This document shows, one piece after another, positions 46,312 through 55,673 of a stretch of DNA of 64,000 bases. Below the pieces are notes generated by a model. That model ran no database searches and was not told where the DNA came from. It saw nothing but the letters and a program-made list of their open reading frames with translations. The stretch comes from Nitrososphaerota archaeon (GTDB lineage Archaea > Thermoproteota > Nitrososphaeria > Nitrososphaerales > Gagatemarchaeaceae). The stretch is from assembly GCA_027887005.1 (NCBI GenBank), contig JAPCJI010000008.1, positions 2,162 through 66,161 of the forward strand, read 5' to 3'. The position numbers and the translations under genes are program-made. How positions within the stretch are numbered: position 1 is the first letter of the stretch; every line of letters starts with the position of its first letter.

Positions 46312-47961
46312 TTACCAGAAGGGCGTGAAGCTGACCATGGTTGAGCTCGAATTGCTGAACGTCACCCTGTATGTGGACGCATTTGGCTGCCCCTGGACTC
46401 CTGGGAATGATTCACCCCACCTCCAGAGCACCTTCCAGTAGGACTGGTCACCCTGGAGAGATTCTGAGTGGTCGATGCAGCTCCATGTCCCCTGCCAGAA
46501 TATCGACGGACACGAGAATGAGACAGACCAAGGACCGCTTAGGTCTCCAAGCTTTGAAACCCCGAATTGGAAGAAGAAGGCGCCGCCCGGGGAAGGATTG
46601 TCCGGAGGACCGAGCCAGCCTGCATTGAAGGCAACGTTCGCGCGCGCCGACGCTTCGAAAGCTCCAAGCTGGTTCGTCTGACCGCCGGTGCTGTACTCCC
46701 AGAGGACCGTGTGATTCTCCCAACTCAGCGTCAGCTGGAGTTGATCCCCGGGATTCACGACGGTGAAGTGTCGAGAGGCGAAGAACATCAGGAGCCGCCA
46801 GGAGTGACCTCCGCAGGCGGCGTTCGCATCGCAGACCTTCCAGGCAGTGGCGTCGAGCATCTGACTTCCGTTCCCGTACAGGATTGCGTCGAAACGGTAG
46901 CCGTAGTCAATCCCGTCGGTGCAGCAGTCGGCAGAGTGGACCCCGATGCCTCCGGCGAGGAAACCTCCCGCCGGGGCGGAGGAAAGGTCGTGACTGGGGA
47001 AGGTCACGTTGACCCTCACGCCAGTGGGCCGGACCATCGGGCTTGACATGAATCCTCCCGCCGAGTCTGGAATGCCATAGTAGTAGCTAGTAGGTGCTCC
47101 TGAGTTCGAAGTCGAAATAACCTGTCCTACAACCGCGTCGGGCCAGACCACCAGGGAAACTAGGATCACGAAGACGAGCATCCCTGCAAATGGGAGGGGC
47201 GACCGCCTGAAGCGCGTAGTGGCCCGGGTCGGGCGCAAGAGGATGAAAGCCCCCGCTGTTGCTCCCGCCAGAGTTGCGAGGATAGTCAGACCGACCGTGG
47301 GGAAAATCTCCGAATAATACTGCTTGGCCATGCCCAGGCTGACCAGGACAAGCGCTGCCTGGGCTGCAAGCGGCAGGAGCCATGTCGCGGGCCGCGTTCT
47401 GTCCGCGAATAGGAGGACAGCCGAGAATGCGAGGAACGCCAGGAGGGCGGGAAGTGCGGCTCCGTCGGCGGGCGCTAGAATCGTCGCTCCTGCGATGGTG
47501 AAGACCATGGGGATGTATGCGACGGCGTAGAAGGCGCTCCCGCCCGCAAGCAGCCTCTCCCAATCGCCTCTGTCTGAAGTACTGCCTCTGCGGTGGCCGA
47601 GGTATGCGGTCGCGATCCCTATGGCGAGGAAGAACGAACCCATCCTTGCAGGCTCGAGGCCGTCGACCCCAGTGCTGTAGCATAGGATTGGGTCGCAGAC
47701 GGTGAAGAACAGAGTCATGAGGGTCAGGACGGAGATGAGGTATGCCAACCAGGCGTGCACCAGGCTCCTGCTTCCGTAGCCGATGACTACCCCGGCGAAG
47801 GCGAGATAGTAGATATCGAAGTAATACCGCTGGCCCGAGAAGAGGAAGAAGAGGTTGCTATGGAAAAGATAGAGGTTCTGGGCGAGTCTTTCGAAGGCAT
47901 ACGGCGGAACCACAGTCAGTACCAGCGCGAGGGGCCACCAGAGTATCCGGAACGTCGCCAT
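46312..47961 (-). CDS. Multi-TM membrane protein with C-terminal extracellular Cys-containing beta-rich domain
   Basis: About 8 hydrophobic helices in the first 270 aa, then an aromatic/Gly-rich domain with Cys pairs and N-glycosylation sequons. Confidence 0.7.
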   Translation of the reverse strand: MATFRILWWPLALVLTVVPPYAFERLAQNLYLFHSNLFFLFSGQRYYFDIYYLAFAGVVIGYGSRSLVHAWLAYLISVLTLMTLFFTVCDPILCYSTGVDGLEPARMGSFFLAIGIATAYLGHRRGSTSDRGDWERLLAGGSAFYAVAYIPMVFTIAGATILAPADGAALPALLAFLAFSAVLLFADRTRPATWLLPLAAQAALVLVSLGMAKQYYSEIFPTVGLTILATLAGATAGAFILLRPTRATTRFRRSPLPFAGMLVFVILVSLVVWPDAVVGQVISTSNSGAPTSYYYGIPDSAGGFMSSPMVRPTGVRVNVTFPSHDLSSAPAGGFLAGGIGVHSADCCTDGIDYGYRFDAILYGNGSQMLDATAWKVCDANAACGGHSWRLLMFFASRHFTVVNPGDQLQLTLSWENHTVLWEYSTGGQTNQLGAFEASARANVAFNAGWLGPPDNPSPGGAFFFQFGVSKLGDLSGPWSVSFSCPSIFWQGTWSCIDHSESLQGDQSYWKVLWRWGESFPGVQGQPNASTYRVTFSNSSSTMVSFTPFW

Positions 47962-47968
47962 CGGAATC

Positions 47969-48739
47969 CTAGGTCACCACCCTGATGGTCCAGAAGTCAC
48001 TAGAAAGATACTCGCTCAGGAGGTACTCGTAGGGCATGGTGAAGTATCCAGCTCTGCCGAACCTCGGCCCCCAGGAGTTCCTCACCCAGAACCTCCGCTT
48101 GGGCTCTTCGTAGCCCACGGCCAGGACGGCGTGATGTCCGATGATCCTCTCTCCCTGAGAAGGCATCTCCAGCCGCCCGGTCCTCTTCACGATGTCTTGG
48201 AACCTCTGATGGGCCAGAAAGCCGAAGACGAAGGGATAGCCAGAAGCGATGCAGCTACGAAAGTCCTCGATGCTCCGGCGTATTCTCTGATACGCCACGA
48301 GCCTGTACTTGAGCGCGTCATCGTAGCACTCCCTGGGGGGTCTAGTCCTGAATCTCTTCTCCACGTAGGGCCAGAGGCTTTCAGGGCAGTCCCCCAGCTT
48401 CGCGACCGACTTGAGCGTGTCCCGTATGGAGATGCCGACATTGGACCTTACGGTCCCTTCAGCTGCCCGGACGTTGTAGTAGAGGAACAGGCGGGAGGGG
48501 AATATCACCCTTCTTTTCTTCTCCTTGATCAGGTCGAATTCGACGGCAGCCGCAACTGCGTTCGCCGAGCAGCTGTTCAGTTCCTTCTGGTGGTAGACAG
48601 GAGGGCATTTGCTCCTCAGGTCTCTGGTATTGGGAAGTAGGCGGAACAGGTCAGGAGGAGGCAGGTAAGCGCGGTCCCTGTCGTCGGGGAGGTCCTTCTT
48701 CCAGCCGAAGCCGTGGGTCGTAGACGTGGTCGGGTGCAA
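47969..48739 (-). CDS. Papain-family (C1A) cysteine peptidase
   Basis: GWKKDLPDDRD, QKELNSCSANA (Gln/Cys), SRLFLYYN, HAVLAVGY (His), RNSWG (Asn), GYFTMPYEY. Confidence 0.9.
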   Translation of the reverse strand: MHPTTSTTHGFGWKKDLPDDRDRAYLPPPDLFRLLPNTRDLRSKCPPVYHQKELNSCSANAVAAAVEFDLIKEKKRRVIFPSRLFLYYNVRAAEGTVRSNVGISIRDTLKSVAKLGDCPESLWPYVEKRFRTRPPRECYDDALKYRLVAYQRIRRSIEDFRSCIASGYPFVFGFLAHQRFQDIVKRTGRLEMPSQGERIIGHHAVLAVGYEEPKRRFWVRNSWGPRFGRAGYFTMPYEYLLSEYLSSDFWTIRVVT

Positions 48740-48792
48740 CAGAATCCCCCGGGATATTTATCGTTGGATGGGTTCTGTGGTCTGCTCAGGAT

Positions 48793-49833
48793 TCAGCGCA
48801 CGTAAAGTGCTGCGAACTTCGAGTATGCTTCGTCGAAGTGCATGGGTTTCGGCGGAGACTTGAACCCGTAGGCGCAGATCTCGTTTACGGTGCCAAGCTT
48901 GCCGCTCTTCATGGACCTGTGGGTGGCCCTCAGGACGTCAAGGAGTACGTTGCCCGCGTTCGCCCCATCTGAAGAACGGAGGTAGACGTCGACCGAGATC
49001 CCGGAGTTCATGAAGCCGCTCGCCTCGAACCAGAAGTAACTGGTCCTGTCGTTTCCCATGTAGTCGACGAAATCAGTGGTGCCCGCGACCGTTTCGAACT
49101 GGTAGGGGACCTCGCTGGCGACAGAAGCGGTCTTCATAGTCCGTTTCGCAGCCTTGATCGACTCGTCCATGGTGTTCTGAGTCTCGGACCCCCCGCCAAC
49201 GTCCAGCTGGTAGCTCTTTGAGACCTTAATCCCCCGCTTGACCATGAACCCGAGGAGTCCTCGGTGAAAGACCGTCCCGCCGAACTGGCTCATCAGGTCG
49301 TCCCCGACCAGAGGCAGCTTGGCCTTCTGGAACCCCGCGGTCAGCCTGTTCTTTCTCAGAAGGGAAGTCGGTGTGCAGTTCACGAAGGCACACCCTGCCC
49401 TCAGCGCCGCCTCGGCGTACTCCTCAGAGGAGGCGTCTGATCCCGAAGAAATCAGATTTACGAGCATGTCAGCGCCGGAGTCCTCCAACACGCTGGAAAC
49501 CTCATCAGACCGTGCCTTCTCAGTCTTGGCGCCCAGGAGATGGGGAGCGAGGTCGCCTCTCGAAATCCCAGGGCTTACCTTTACGCCGGTCCTGCCGAGG
49601 TCGTCGTACTTCTTCGCGACGTTGGGCGGGGCGAAGGCCGCCTTTGAGAGGTTCAGACCGACCTTCCTCGCGTCGATGTCGAAGGCAGCCACGACTTCGA
49701 TGTCCTTGGGTTTGAGGCCGGCGACGTTGGGGTGCCAGAGGCCCTTCGAGGTGTGTTCCGAGTAGAACTTGAGACCCTGAAGGAAGACGGAGGCACAATT
49801 GCCGACCCCGGCGATGGCTACCTTGACGGCCAT
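48793..49833 (-). CDS. Inositol-3-phosphate synthase-like protein (divergent active site)
   Basis: VAIAGVGNCAS, AFDID.RKVG, FVNCTP, GDDLMSQFGGT, GFKSPP. Confidence 0.75.
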   Translation of the reverse strand: MAVKVAIAGVGNCASVFLQGLKFYSEHTSKGLWHPNVAGLKPKDIEVVAAFDIDARKVGLNLSKAAFAPPNVAKKYDDLGRTGVKVSPGISRGDLAPHLLGAKTEKARSDEVSSVLEDSGADMLVNLISSGSDASSEEYAEAALRAGCAFVNCTPTSLLRKNRLTAGFQKAKLPLVGDDLMSQFGGTVFHRGLLGFMVKRGIKVSKSYQLDVGGGSETQNTMDESIKAAKRTMKTASVASEVPYQFETVAGTTDFVDYMGNDRTSYFWFEASGFMNSGISVDVYLRSSDGANAGNVLLDVLRATHRSMKSGKLGTVNEICAYGFKSPPKPMHFDEAYSKFAALYVR

Positions 49834-49838
49834 TCCAG

Positions 49839-50048
49839 TCACTTGAACTTCGCGAAGGATGCGAAGAGGCCGACTATGACTAGGAGGATGCCCAGGGCGT
49901 AGTTGATCGTTACGATATCGGGGGCGATTCCGCTCGCGGTCGCGTTGGCGTAGGTGTAGTAGACCAGAGCGCCGCCGAACCCTAGTACTACGAGACCGAG
50001 GAGCCGGATCAGCGCGTCAACCCGCGACTGCTGGGCGGTGAATGTCAT
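49839..50048 (-). CDS. Small two-TM membrane protein
   Basis: 69-aa ORF, two TM helices, co-oriented with the Ino1-like gene. Confidence 0.6.
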   Translation of the reverse strand: MTFTAQQSRVDALIRLLGLVVLGFGGALVYYTYANATASGIAPDIVTINYALGILLVIVGLFASFAKFK

Positions 50049-50097
50049 CGCTGTCTGTTTCGGGCAGAACCCGATGGGTATTTAGAAGTTCTCGGAG

Positions 50098-50793
50098 ATG
50101 AGCCCTTTCATGGAGGCCCAAGAGGTGATCAGGGAGCTGAGGTCTCTGGCGGACCCGGGGTCTTTGAAGGGGATGGCCCGCTACGGGATATCCACCGGAA
50201 GTGCGCTGGGGCTCGCTATACCAACGCTGAGGAGGATAGCCAGGAAGACCGGCAGAGACCACGGGCTGGCCCTGGAGCTCTGGAAGAGCGGGATACACGA
50301 GGCAAGGATCCTCGCGGCCCTAGTGGACGAGCCAGCGAAGGTGACGGAACGCCAGATGGAGGCCTGGGTCGCCGATTTCGATTCGTGGGATGTGTGTGAC
50401 GGCTGCTGCGGGAGTCTCTTTGACAAGACGCCCTTCGCCTTTTCCAAGGCACTGGAGTGGTCGAAGAGGAAGGAGGAGTTCGTGAAGAGGGCGGGCTACG
50501 TGCTGATGGCGGAGCTAGCCGTCCATGACAAGGCAGCCCCAGACGCAGCTTTCCTGAGGTTCTTCGGGGCGATCGAGAGGGGCGCGTCGGACCCAAGGAA
50601 CTTCGTGAAGAAGGCAGTCAGCTGGGCACTGAGGCAGATTGGGAAGCGGAACAAGAGGCTGAACAGAGAGGCGTTGAACTTCGCTGCCAGGATCTCAGGG
50701 CTGGAGGGCGGAGCAGCGAGGTGGGTGGCCTCGGACGCGGCTCGGGAGCTTAGAAGCGAGGCGGTGCAGAAGAAGCTCAGAAGCTCTTCATGA
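50098..50793 (+). CDS. AlkD-like DNA alkylation repair glycosylase
   Basis: LWKSGIHEARILA, DFDSWDVCD, EEFVKRAG, RNFVKKAVSWALRQIGKRN. Confidence 0.88.
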   Translation: MSPFMEAQEVIRELRSLADPGSLKGMARYGISTGSALGLAIPTLRRIARKTGRDHGLALELWKSGIHEARILAALVDEPAKVTERQMEAWVADFDSWDVCDGCCGSLFDKTPFAFSKALEWSKRKEEFVKRAGYVLMAELAVHDKAAPDAAFLRFFGAIERGASDPRNFVKKAVSWALRQIGKRNKRLNREALNFAARISGLEGGAARWVASDAARELRSEAVQKKLRSSS

Positions 50794-51874
50794 GCTGAAG
50801 CTTCTCCGGAAGGTAGGTGTCGACGATGTATGAGAGGCCGTACCTGGCGAACGCCTCCTGTTCGCTCTTTTTCTTAATCTTCAGGAAGACGTCCAGCTCG
50901 TCGTGCCACATCTTGTCCGTGTATCTGGGGTCCTGCTTGAGCTCGTAGAGACGCTTGATGTCCACCTCGGTGAGTTTGTCGGAGGGCAGCTTGTACTTCA
51001 CGATGTCGCTGGCCCAGACCCCGAGCCAGACGGCGTCTGGGGTCGTCAGCTCTCTCAGGTGGGCGGCGTTGGCGGAGCCGGACTTGCAGACCATGGCGAT
51101 GTGGGCACCCCAGGGGTCTGCGTCGCAGAGTATCCCCACGGGAAGCTTGAGTTCCTGGTTAAGCCTGCGTAGGAGATACCGCGTCGACCTTGGGGGCTGC
51201 CCGGCCGTGTTGATCAGGAGGGCTTTGTACTTCTTGTGGACCCTCTCCTCGACGAACCGGGTGAAGAGGCCTCCCTTCTCTATGGCGAGGACCATCTCCG
51301 CGTCGGTGTCTGCGAACTCCGCGGTGGTCAACGCAGGCCCTATCATGACTCCATCTGGGTTTGCCGAAAGGTCTGCCTTCTTCCCTTCGTAGCCGGGGAC
51401 TGTGTATTCGATGGTGAGATTCCCGAAGATCGCGCTCCTTTCCTCAGGGTAAATGTTCATGCCTTCCCTGGCCATTTGCATGAGGACCTCCAGGTCTGTG
51501 ATCAGTTCGTCAGACTCTGCCTGGTCCATGAACTCGACGCCGAAGGCCTGGGCGGAATAGAAGACGTCCCTCAGGGTCGACGTGCGCTTCTCGTCGACGA
51601 GTTTCTTGGCGAAGTAAGCGAGCCAGATCAGCTGAGTAAAGGGGCGTATGTGCTTGATGTTCCCGGACGCCCTCTTCACCGTGGTGGGCCCCAGGATGAA
51701 CTGCTGCAGCTTCTTGTCGTAGACTATGTTCCGGACAGACCTGCTGGCCATGGTGAGGCTGGGAAACTTCCCCTCGTCGAGGTCGTTGTAGACGCTGCTT
51801 CCCAGGTCCTTCAACAGGGCCTGGGCGCTGCTCTTCCTAGCTTCCGCTGTACTGGTCGATTTTCTTTTGCTCAA
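50777..51874 (-). CDS. top6A: DNA topoisomerase VI subunit A
   Basis: STLRDVFY (catalytic Tyr), IEKGG, GQP.RSTR, CDADPWG, KSEQEA; TTG start at about 51874. Confidence 0.95.
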   Translation of the reverse strand: MSKRKSTSTAEARKSSAQALLKDLGSSVYNDLDEGKFPSLTMASRSVRNIVYDKKLQQFILGPTTVKRASGNIKHIRPFTQLIWLAYFAKKLVDEKRTSTLRDVFYSAQAFGVEFMDQAESDELITDLEVLMQMAREGMNIYPEERSAIFGNLTIEYTVPGYEGKKADLSANPDGVMIGPALTTAEFADTDAEMVLAIEKGGLFTRFVEERVHKKYKALLINTAGQPPRSTRYLLRRLNQELKLPVGILCDADPWGAHIAMVCKSGSANAAHLRELTTPDAVWLGVWASDIVKYKLPSDKLTEVDIKRLYELKQDPRYTDKMWHDELDVFLKIKKKSEQEAFARYGLSYIVDTYLPEKLQLMKSF

Positions 51875-53462
51875 TCTCTGTTTCCTTTGTGTTTTCGGGT
51901 GCTGCTTCGGACGGCATCTCTTCTCCGGCGGGCTGTGGCTCGGCCTCTTCATAGGCTCCCGAGTCCCCTTCTCCGATTAGCTTGCGGTACTTCGGCATGC
52001 GCTTCTCGCCGGCGAGCTCAGTCGAGAACTTCGCAATGAGCGGAAGGTACTTCCCGTAGATGTTCATCTTCCTCTGCACAGCCTCCATGCTTCCCTTCTT
52101 CGAGAGGAAGATGCCCAGCCTTCGAAGGGCCTCTCTCGCTGCGTTCTTGATTTCCCTCTCGATTTCAGGCCTGTCGGCGATGTACTCCTTTCCGACCGTC
52201 TTGTAGGGGATTCGGGTGCTACAGATGTGGGTGATGACCGCGACAGGCGCCTCCTGAGGCACGTGGTACCTCTTCCAGTCGACCCCCTCGTTGAGTACCT
52301 GGAAGCTGACGTCGCTGCTCTCGTCGTAGAGGAGTGGGATGCGGTTGGCGAACCGGAAGAGCCTCATGCCGGGCTGGAGGACCTTGCCGCCGTAGGCGAC
52401 CCCCACTTCGACAAGGAAGGGGAATCCGGAGTAGGAGGACGGGGGCCTCGTCACCACGGTCGAGAACTCGGGCTGCAGCTCTTTGTTGATCCCCGCCAGG
52501 AGGATCTCCTCGCCCACTGGGGAGAGGACTGCGGCGTCGGGCTGGAGGAAGTCCGGGAATCGCTGCAGGGCATCCACCAACGAGACCACCTGGAGGTTGT
52601 TGAGCCGCTTCGGAGGGAGCTTCAGACTGACGCCTGCAAACTCGAGGAACTTGGTCGCTATCTTCTCTCCGACCCGGTGGAAGTTCGTGACCATGAAGGA
52701 CTTCATGTCGTGTTCCTCGGAGAGCTTGACGATGCGCTTGAACGCTTCCACGTCTATCCCGTAGGGATGGGGGAGTGTCTCCATGGGAGCTGGGGGCATG
52801 GAGCTGGTCGCCCGCTCGTAGAAGGTTACCTGCCCAAGGGGGTCGACGAAGGTGATGTTCGCGTAGCTAGCTACGAGGGCAGTCTGCTTGAAGTAGTCGC
52901 CGATCTTCTGAGACGCCCTGAGGTAGTCGCCCTCGAGGGTGAGGTCGACTCGGGTGCCTGTCGTCCCGTTGGCGTCGGTCACGACCCGCTTCAGGACCAC
53001 CGGCCTGTTCTCGCCGATGTCGATCATCATCTGGAAAGCGTACTTCCGCTTGCCGTCAGGCGAGGTGGTGACCATGACAGGCTTGTTAGTGGTAATCTGG
53101 CCGTAGAGAATCGCCATGGTCCCGCCCAGACCGAACATGCCACGGGACTGGCGGAGGACGTACTTCGAGCCGTAGAAGACCTTGCCGAAGGCGCTGGGCA
53201 CGTGCTGGGGAGCGACCCCGGGGCCGTTGTCGATGACCGTGAGCCGGTAGGGCTTCGGGTCTGGGAAATCCGGGTTGGCGCTGTCGGAGATGATCCTGAC
53301 GTACACTTCGGGGGGCTTGCCGGCGAGTTCGCAGGCGTCCATGCTGTTCTCGACGATCTCGCGCACCGCCATGTAGAGGGCTCGGGCTGGGTTGGTGAAG
53401 CCCGCCAGGTCGCGATTTCTGTAGAAAAACTCGGATGGTGAAATCTCAGCGAAGCTTGCCAT
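51837..53462 (-). CDS. top6B: DNA topoisomerase VI subunit B
   Basis: EFFYRN, EIVENSMDAC, DNGPG, QSRGMFGLG, RFANRIPLLYD, PYKTVGKE. Confidence 0.95.
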   Translation of the reverse strand: MASFAEISPSEFFYRNRDLAGFTNPARALYMAVREIVENSMDACELAGKPPEVYVRIISDSANPDFPDPKPYRLTVIDNGPGVAPQHVPSAFGKVFYGSKYVLRQSRGMFGLGGTMAILYGQITTNKPVMVTTSPDGKRKYAFQMMIDIGENRPVVLKRVVTDANGTTGTRVDLTLEGDYLRASQKIGDYFKQTALVASYANITFVDPLGQVTFYERATSSMPPAPMETLPHPYGIDVEAFKRIVKLSEEHDMKSFMVTNFHRVGEKIATKFLEFAGVSLKLPPKRLNNLQVVSLVDALQRFPDFLQPDAAVLSPVGEEILLAGINKELQPEFSTVVTRPPSSYSGFPFLVEVGVAYGGKVLQPGMRLFRFANRIPLLYDESSDVSFQVLNEGVDWKRYHVPQEAPVAVITHICSTRIPYKTVGKEYIADRPEIEREIKNAAREALRRLGIFLSKKGSMEAVQRKMNIYGKYLPLIAKFSTELAGEKRMPKYRKLIGEGDSGAYEEAEPQPAGEEMPSEAAPENTKETEIEQKKIDQYSGS

Positions 53463-53590
53463 CTGGCCTACCAAGCCCAAGCGGCGTAACTGCGCCGCTC
53501 CGAGTACACTGACACAATCAGACGTATTTCCGACAAATCTTCTTCCTTATGCTTACCGCTCCACCAGTATCGTTTTAAATCGGATATATG

Positions 53591-54187
53591 CTAATCCTCG
53601 AGTTTCCTCAGTTTCTCCGCCATGGTTTCAGGGGAGGTCCCTTCCCAGAGGAACATCCTCTCTAACTTGCGCTTCGACCTAACCTTCTGCAGCTCGTTGT
53701 AGACGGTCTTGTGCTGGCTCCCCGAGGCGAGCTTCCTGACCGCCTCTGATGCCAGCTGGACCTCGGTGGCCTCCCCGATTATCGCCACCGTCCGGCCGTA
53801 CACCGACAGATGGCACTGGGTGAGCTCCTCGATAACCCGGCGCGATTTCCCTTTCAGCCCGATGACCCTGCCTCTGATCCTGTCCAGGGAGTTCTCGGTC
53901 TTGCCGAAATCCCTCAGGTCAATAACCTCGAAGGCGGTCCCCTCCTGCAGGAGGCGCTTGGCCCGCTGGGGGGAGAAGCCGCGGCCGATGGCTTCGATGA
54001 CCCTGACGGCGACGAACGGGTCACCCTTTGGGGTCAGTTCTGACTTGATTGTCACGAGGCCTTCTCTGCTGTCCACCCCCAGCTTGACCCCGAGCTCCGC
54101 TTCAAGAGAGCGCTTGGTCGACCCCTCCTTCCCGATTACTGCGCCCACCCTCTCGGCGGGCACCCTGACGACCTGCTCGAAGCTCAT
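53591..54187 (-). CDS. KH-domain rRNA-processing protein (Dim2/Pno1)
   Basis: RVGAVIGKEG, AIGRGFSP, RGRVIGLKG. Confidence 0.9.
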   Translation of the reverse strand: MSFEQVVRVPAERVGAVIGKEGSTKRSLEAELGVKLGVDSREGLVTIKSELTPKGDPFVAVRVIEAIGRGFSPQRAKRLLQEGTAFEVIDLRDFGKTENSLDRIRGRVIGLKGKSRRVIEELTQCHLSVYGRTVAIIGEATEVQLASEAVRKLASGSQHKTVYNELQKVRSKRKLERMFLWEGTSPETMAEKLRKLED

Positions 54188-54984
54188 CCTAGTATCTCCT
54201 CCATCCATGAATCCGCGTCCCTCTTGAAAATCCCGCGCTTCCTAAAGAACCTGACCATGTTGGAGACGTCTCGCCTCAGGTACTCTTCTGCCTGGGGGTG
54301 GGTAAGTAACACCGCTGAACCCATGTCGAAGAGGACCCTTTCTGCCCCTGACTTGAAGATGTTGAATTCGGAAAGGTCGGCGTGCACCAGCTTGGCCCCG
54401 CGGCGTAGTTTGGCGATGGTTTTGAAGGTCCAGTCGTAGTCCTCCTCGTCGACCTCCGATTCCGCGAAGTTCGGTGCGGGCTGGGGCGGGACGCCCACGT
54501 ACTCCATCACGATGATATTCTTGTGGAACGCCAGAGGACTGGGGACCCGGACTCCGGCAGACTCGGCGAGCTGGAGGTTCTTGAACTCCTTCCGGGTCCA
54601 CAGGTAGATGACGCTCCGGGTGTTAGAGGGGATGTTGGCGAACCTTCGGTCCCCCGCTATGTAGCCCAGACGTTTCCTGAAGTCGGATGAGGCCGTCAGG
54701 TAGATCTTCACAGCCACCGGCTCCCCCTCCGCGTCGACCCCATAGTACACCCGGGCCTCCTTTCCAGAGTTCACGACACCGTTGAGGTACCCCAGGTCCT
54801 TCCGGGCGACGAGGTCCTCGATGGCGAGCAGGGTCACCCGGTCGAAGACTTCCTCCATCACCTTGCGCTGGTTAGAATCCTTCCTCAGGTACCTGTTCTC
54901 GCGGTCGGAGCGGAGGAGCCTCGCCTTCATCCTCGGCGTTTCGTCTTCCTCTGAGATTGCGGGCGGGTCGTCTTCTTCGGCCAC
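54184..54984 (-). CDS. rio1: RIO1 kinase
   Basis: SGKEARVY, AVKIY, KEFKNL, LVHADLSEFNI, FDMGSAV, HP. Confidence 0.92.
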   Translation of the reverse strand: MAEEDDPPAISEEDETPRMKARLLRSDRENRYLRKDSNQRKVMEEVFDRVTLLAIEDLVARKDLGYLNGVVNSGKEARVYYGVDAEGEPVAVKIYLTASSDFRKRLGYIAGDRRFANIPSNTRSVIYLWTRKEFKNLQLAESAGVRVPSPLAFHKNIIVMEYVGVPPQPAPNFAESEVDEEDYDWTFKTIAKLRRGAKLVHADLSEFNIFKSGAERVLFDMGSAVLLTHPQAEEYLRRDVSNMVRFFRKRGIFKRDADSWMEEILG

Positions 54985-55121
54985 GCGTCAACTGAGGAAG
55001 GTGGAGGACTTAAGAAATTCACTTGGCCCCCCGTAGAGTTCGGCTCTACATCGGAGTTTTCCTTAAATTGGAGAGGCTGTGTGCATGAACTCCTAGCATC
55101 CGTGGCTAGGGAAGTGCTCGA

Positions 55122-55673
55122 TTGTCAAACAGGAAAACGCCAGAGGACGAGGACCATGCAGGTCAGGCAGACGTAACCTCATCAGATGGACTAGTTGTCC
55201 AAGAAGGAAAGCAGGATGAGGAATTGCTTACCCGACTGAAGTACATGCAGGCGGACTTCGAGAATTACAGGAAGAGGACCGAGAAAGAGCTGAGGGACGT
55301 GGAGGAGGCGTCCGTGAGGAACCTTGTGGTCAGGCTGTTGAGCGTAGTCGACGAATTGGAGCTGGCGGTGGAGCACAGTGAAGGCGGGAGTGCGGGCAAT
55401 GAGCTGACGGAAGGCGTCGAGATGGTGCACAAGAACTTGGTATCCGCCTTGGAGTCGGTCGGCCTCAGGAGGATAGTGGCGGTTGGAAAGGTCTTCGACC
55501 CCGCATTGCACGAAGCGGTCGAGAAGACGAGGGGAAGGTCGGCTGGAGCGGACATAGTGGTTGAGGAGATAAGGCCCGGGTACACCTTCCGGGGGCAGGT
55601 CATAAGGCCGAGCATGGTAAAGGTTGAATTGGCCAAGAAGGCGGCCCAAGAGGAGGCGAAGGCGATTGAGTAG
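55122..55673 (+). CDS. grpE: Nucleotide exchange factor GrpE
   Basis: [21 protein letters not shown]...VIRPSMVKV. Confidence 0.93.
   Translation: MSNRKTPEDEDHAGQADVTSSDGLVVQEGKQDEELLTRLKYMQADFENYRKRTEKELRDVEEASVRNLVVRLLSVVDELELAVEHSEGGSAGNELTEGVEMVHKNLVSALESVGLRRIVAVGKVFDPALHEAVEKTRGRSAGADIVVEEIRPGYTFRGQVIRPSMVKVELAKKAAQEEAKAIE

Noticed and set aside
52227..53441. Long antisense or overlapping ORFs (e.g. 52227-53441, 1220-2002, 28621-29595, 30229-31122, 40942-41874)
   Set aside because: Shadow frames of well-supported genes caused by GC-rich codon bias; no protein motifs.
53481..53498. GCGGCG-TAACTG-CGCCGC hairpin upstream of top6B
   Set aside because: A single 6-bp GC stem without a U-tract or second copy; insufficient support for a regulatory call.
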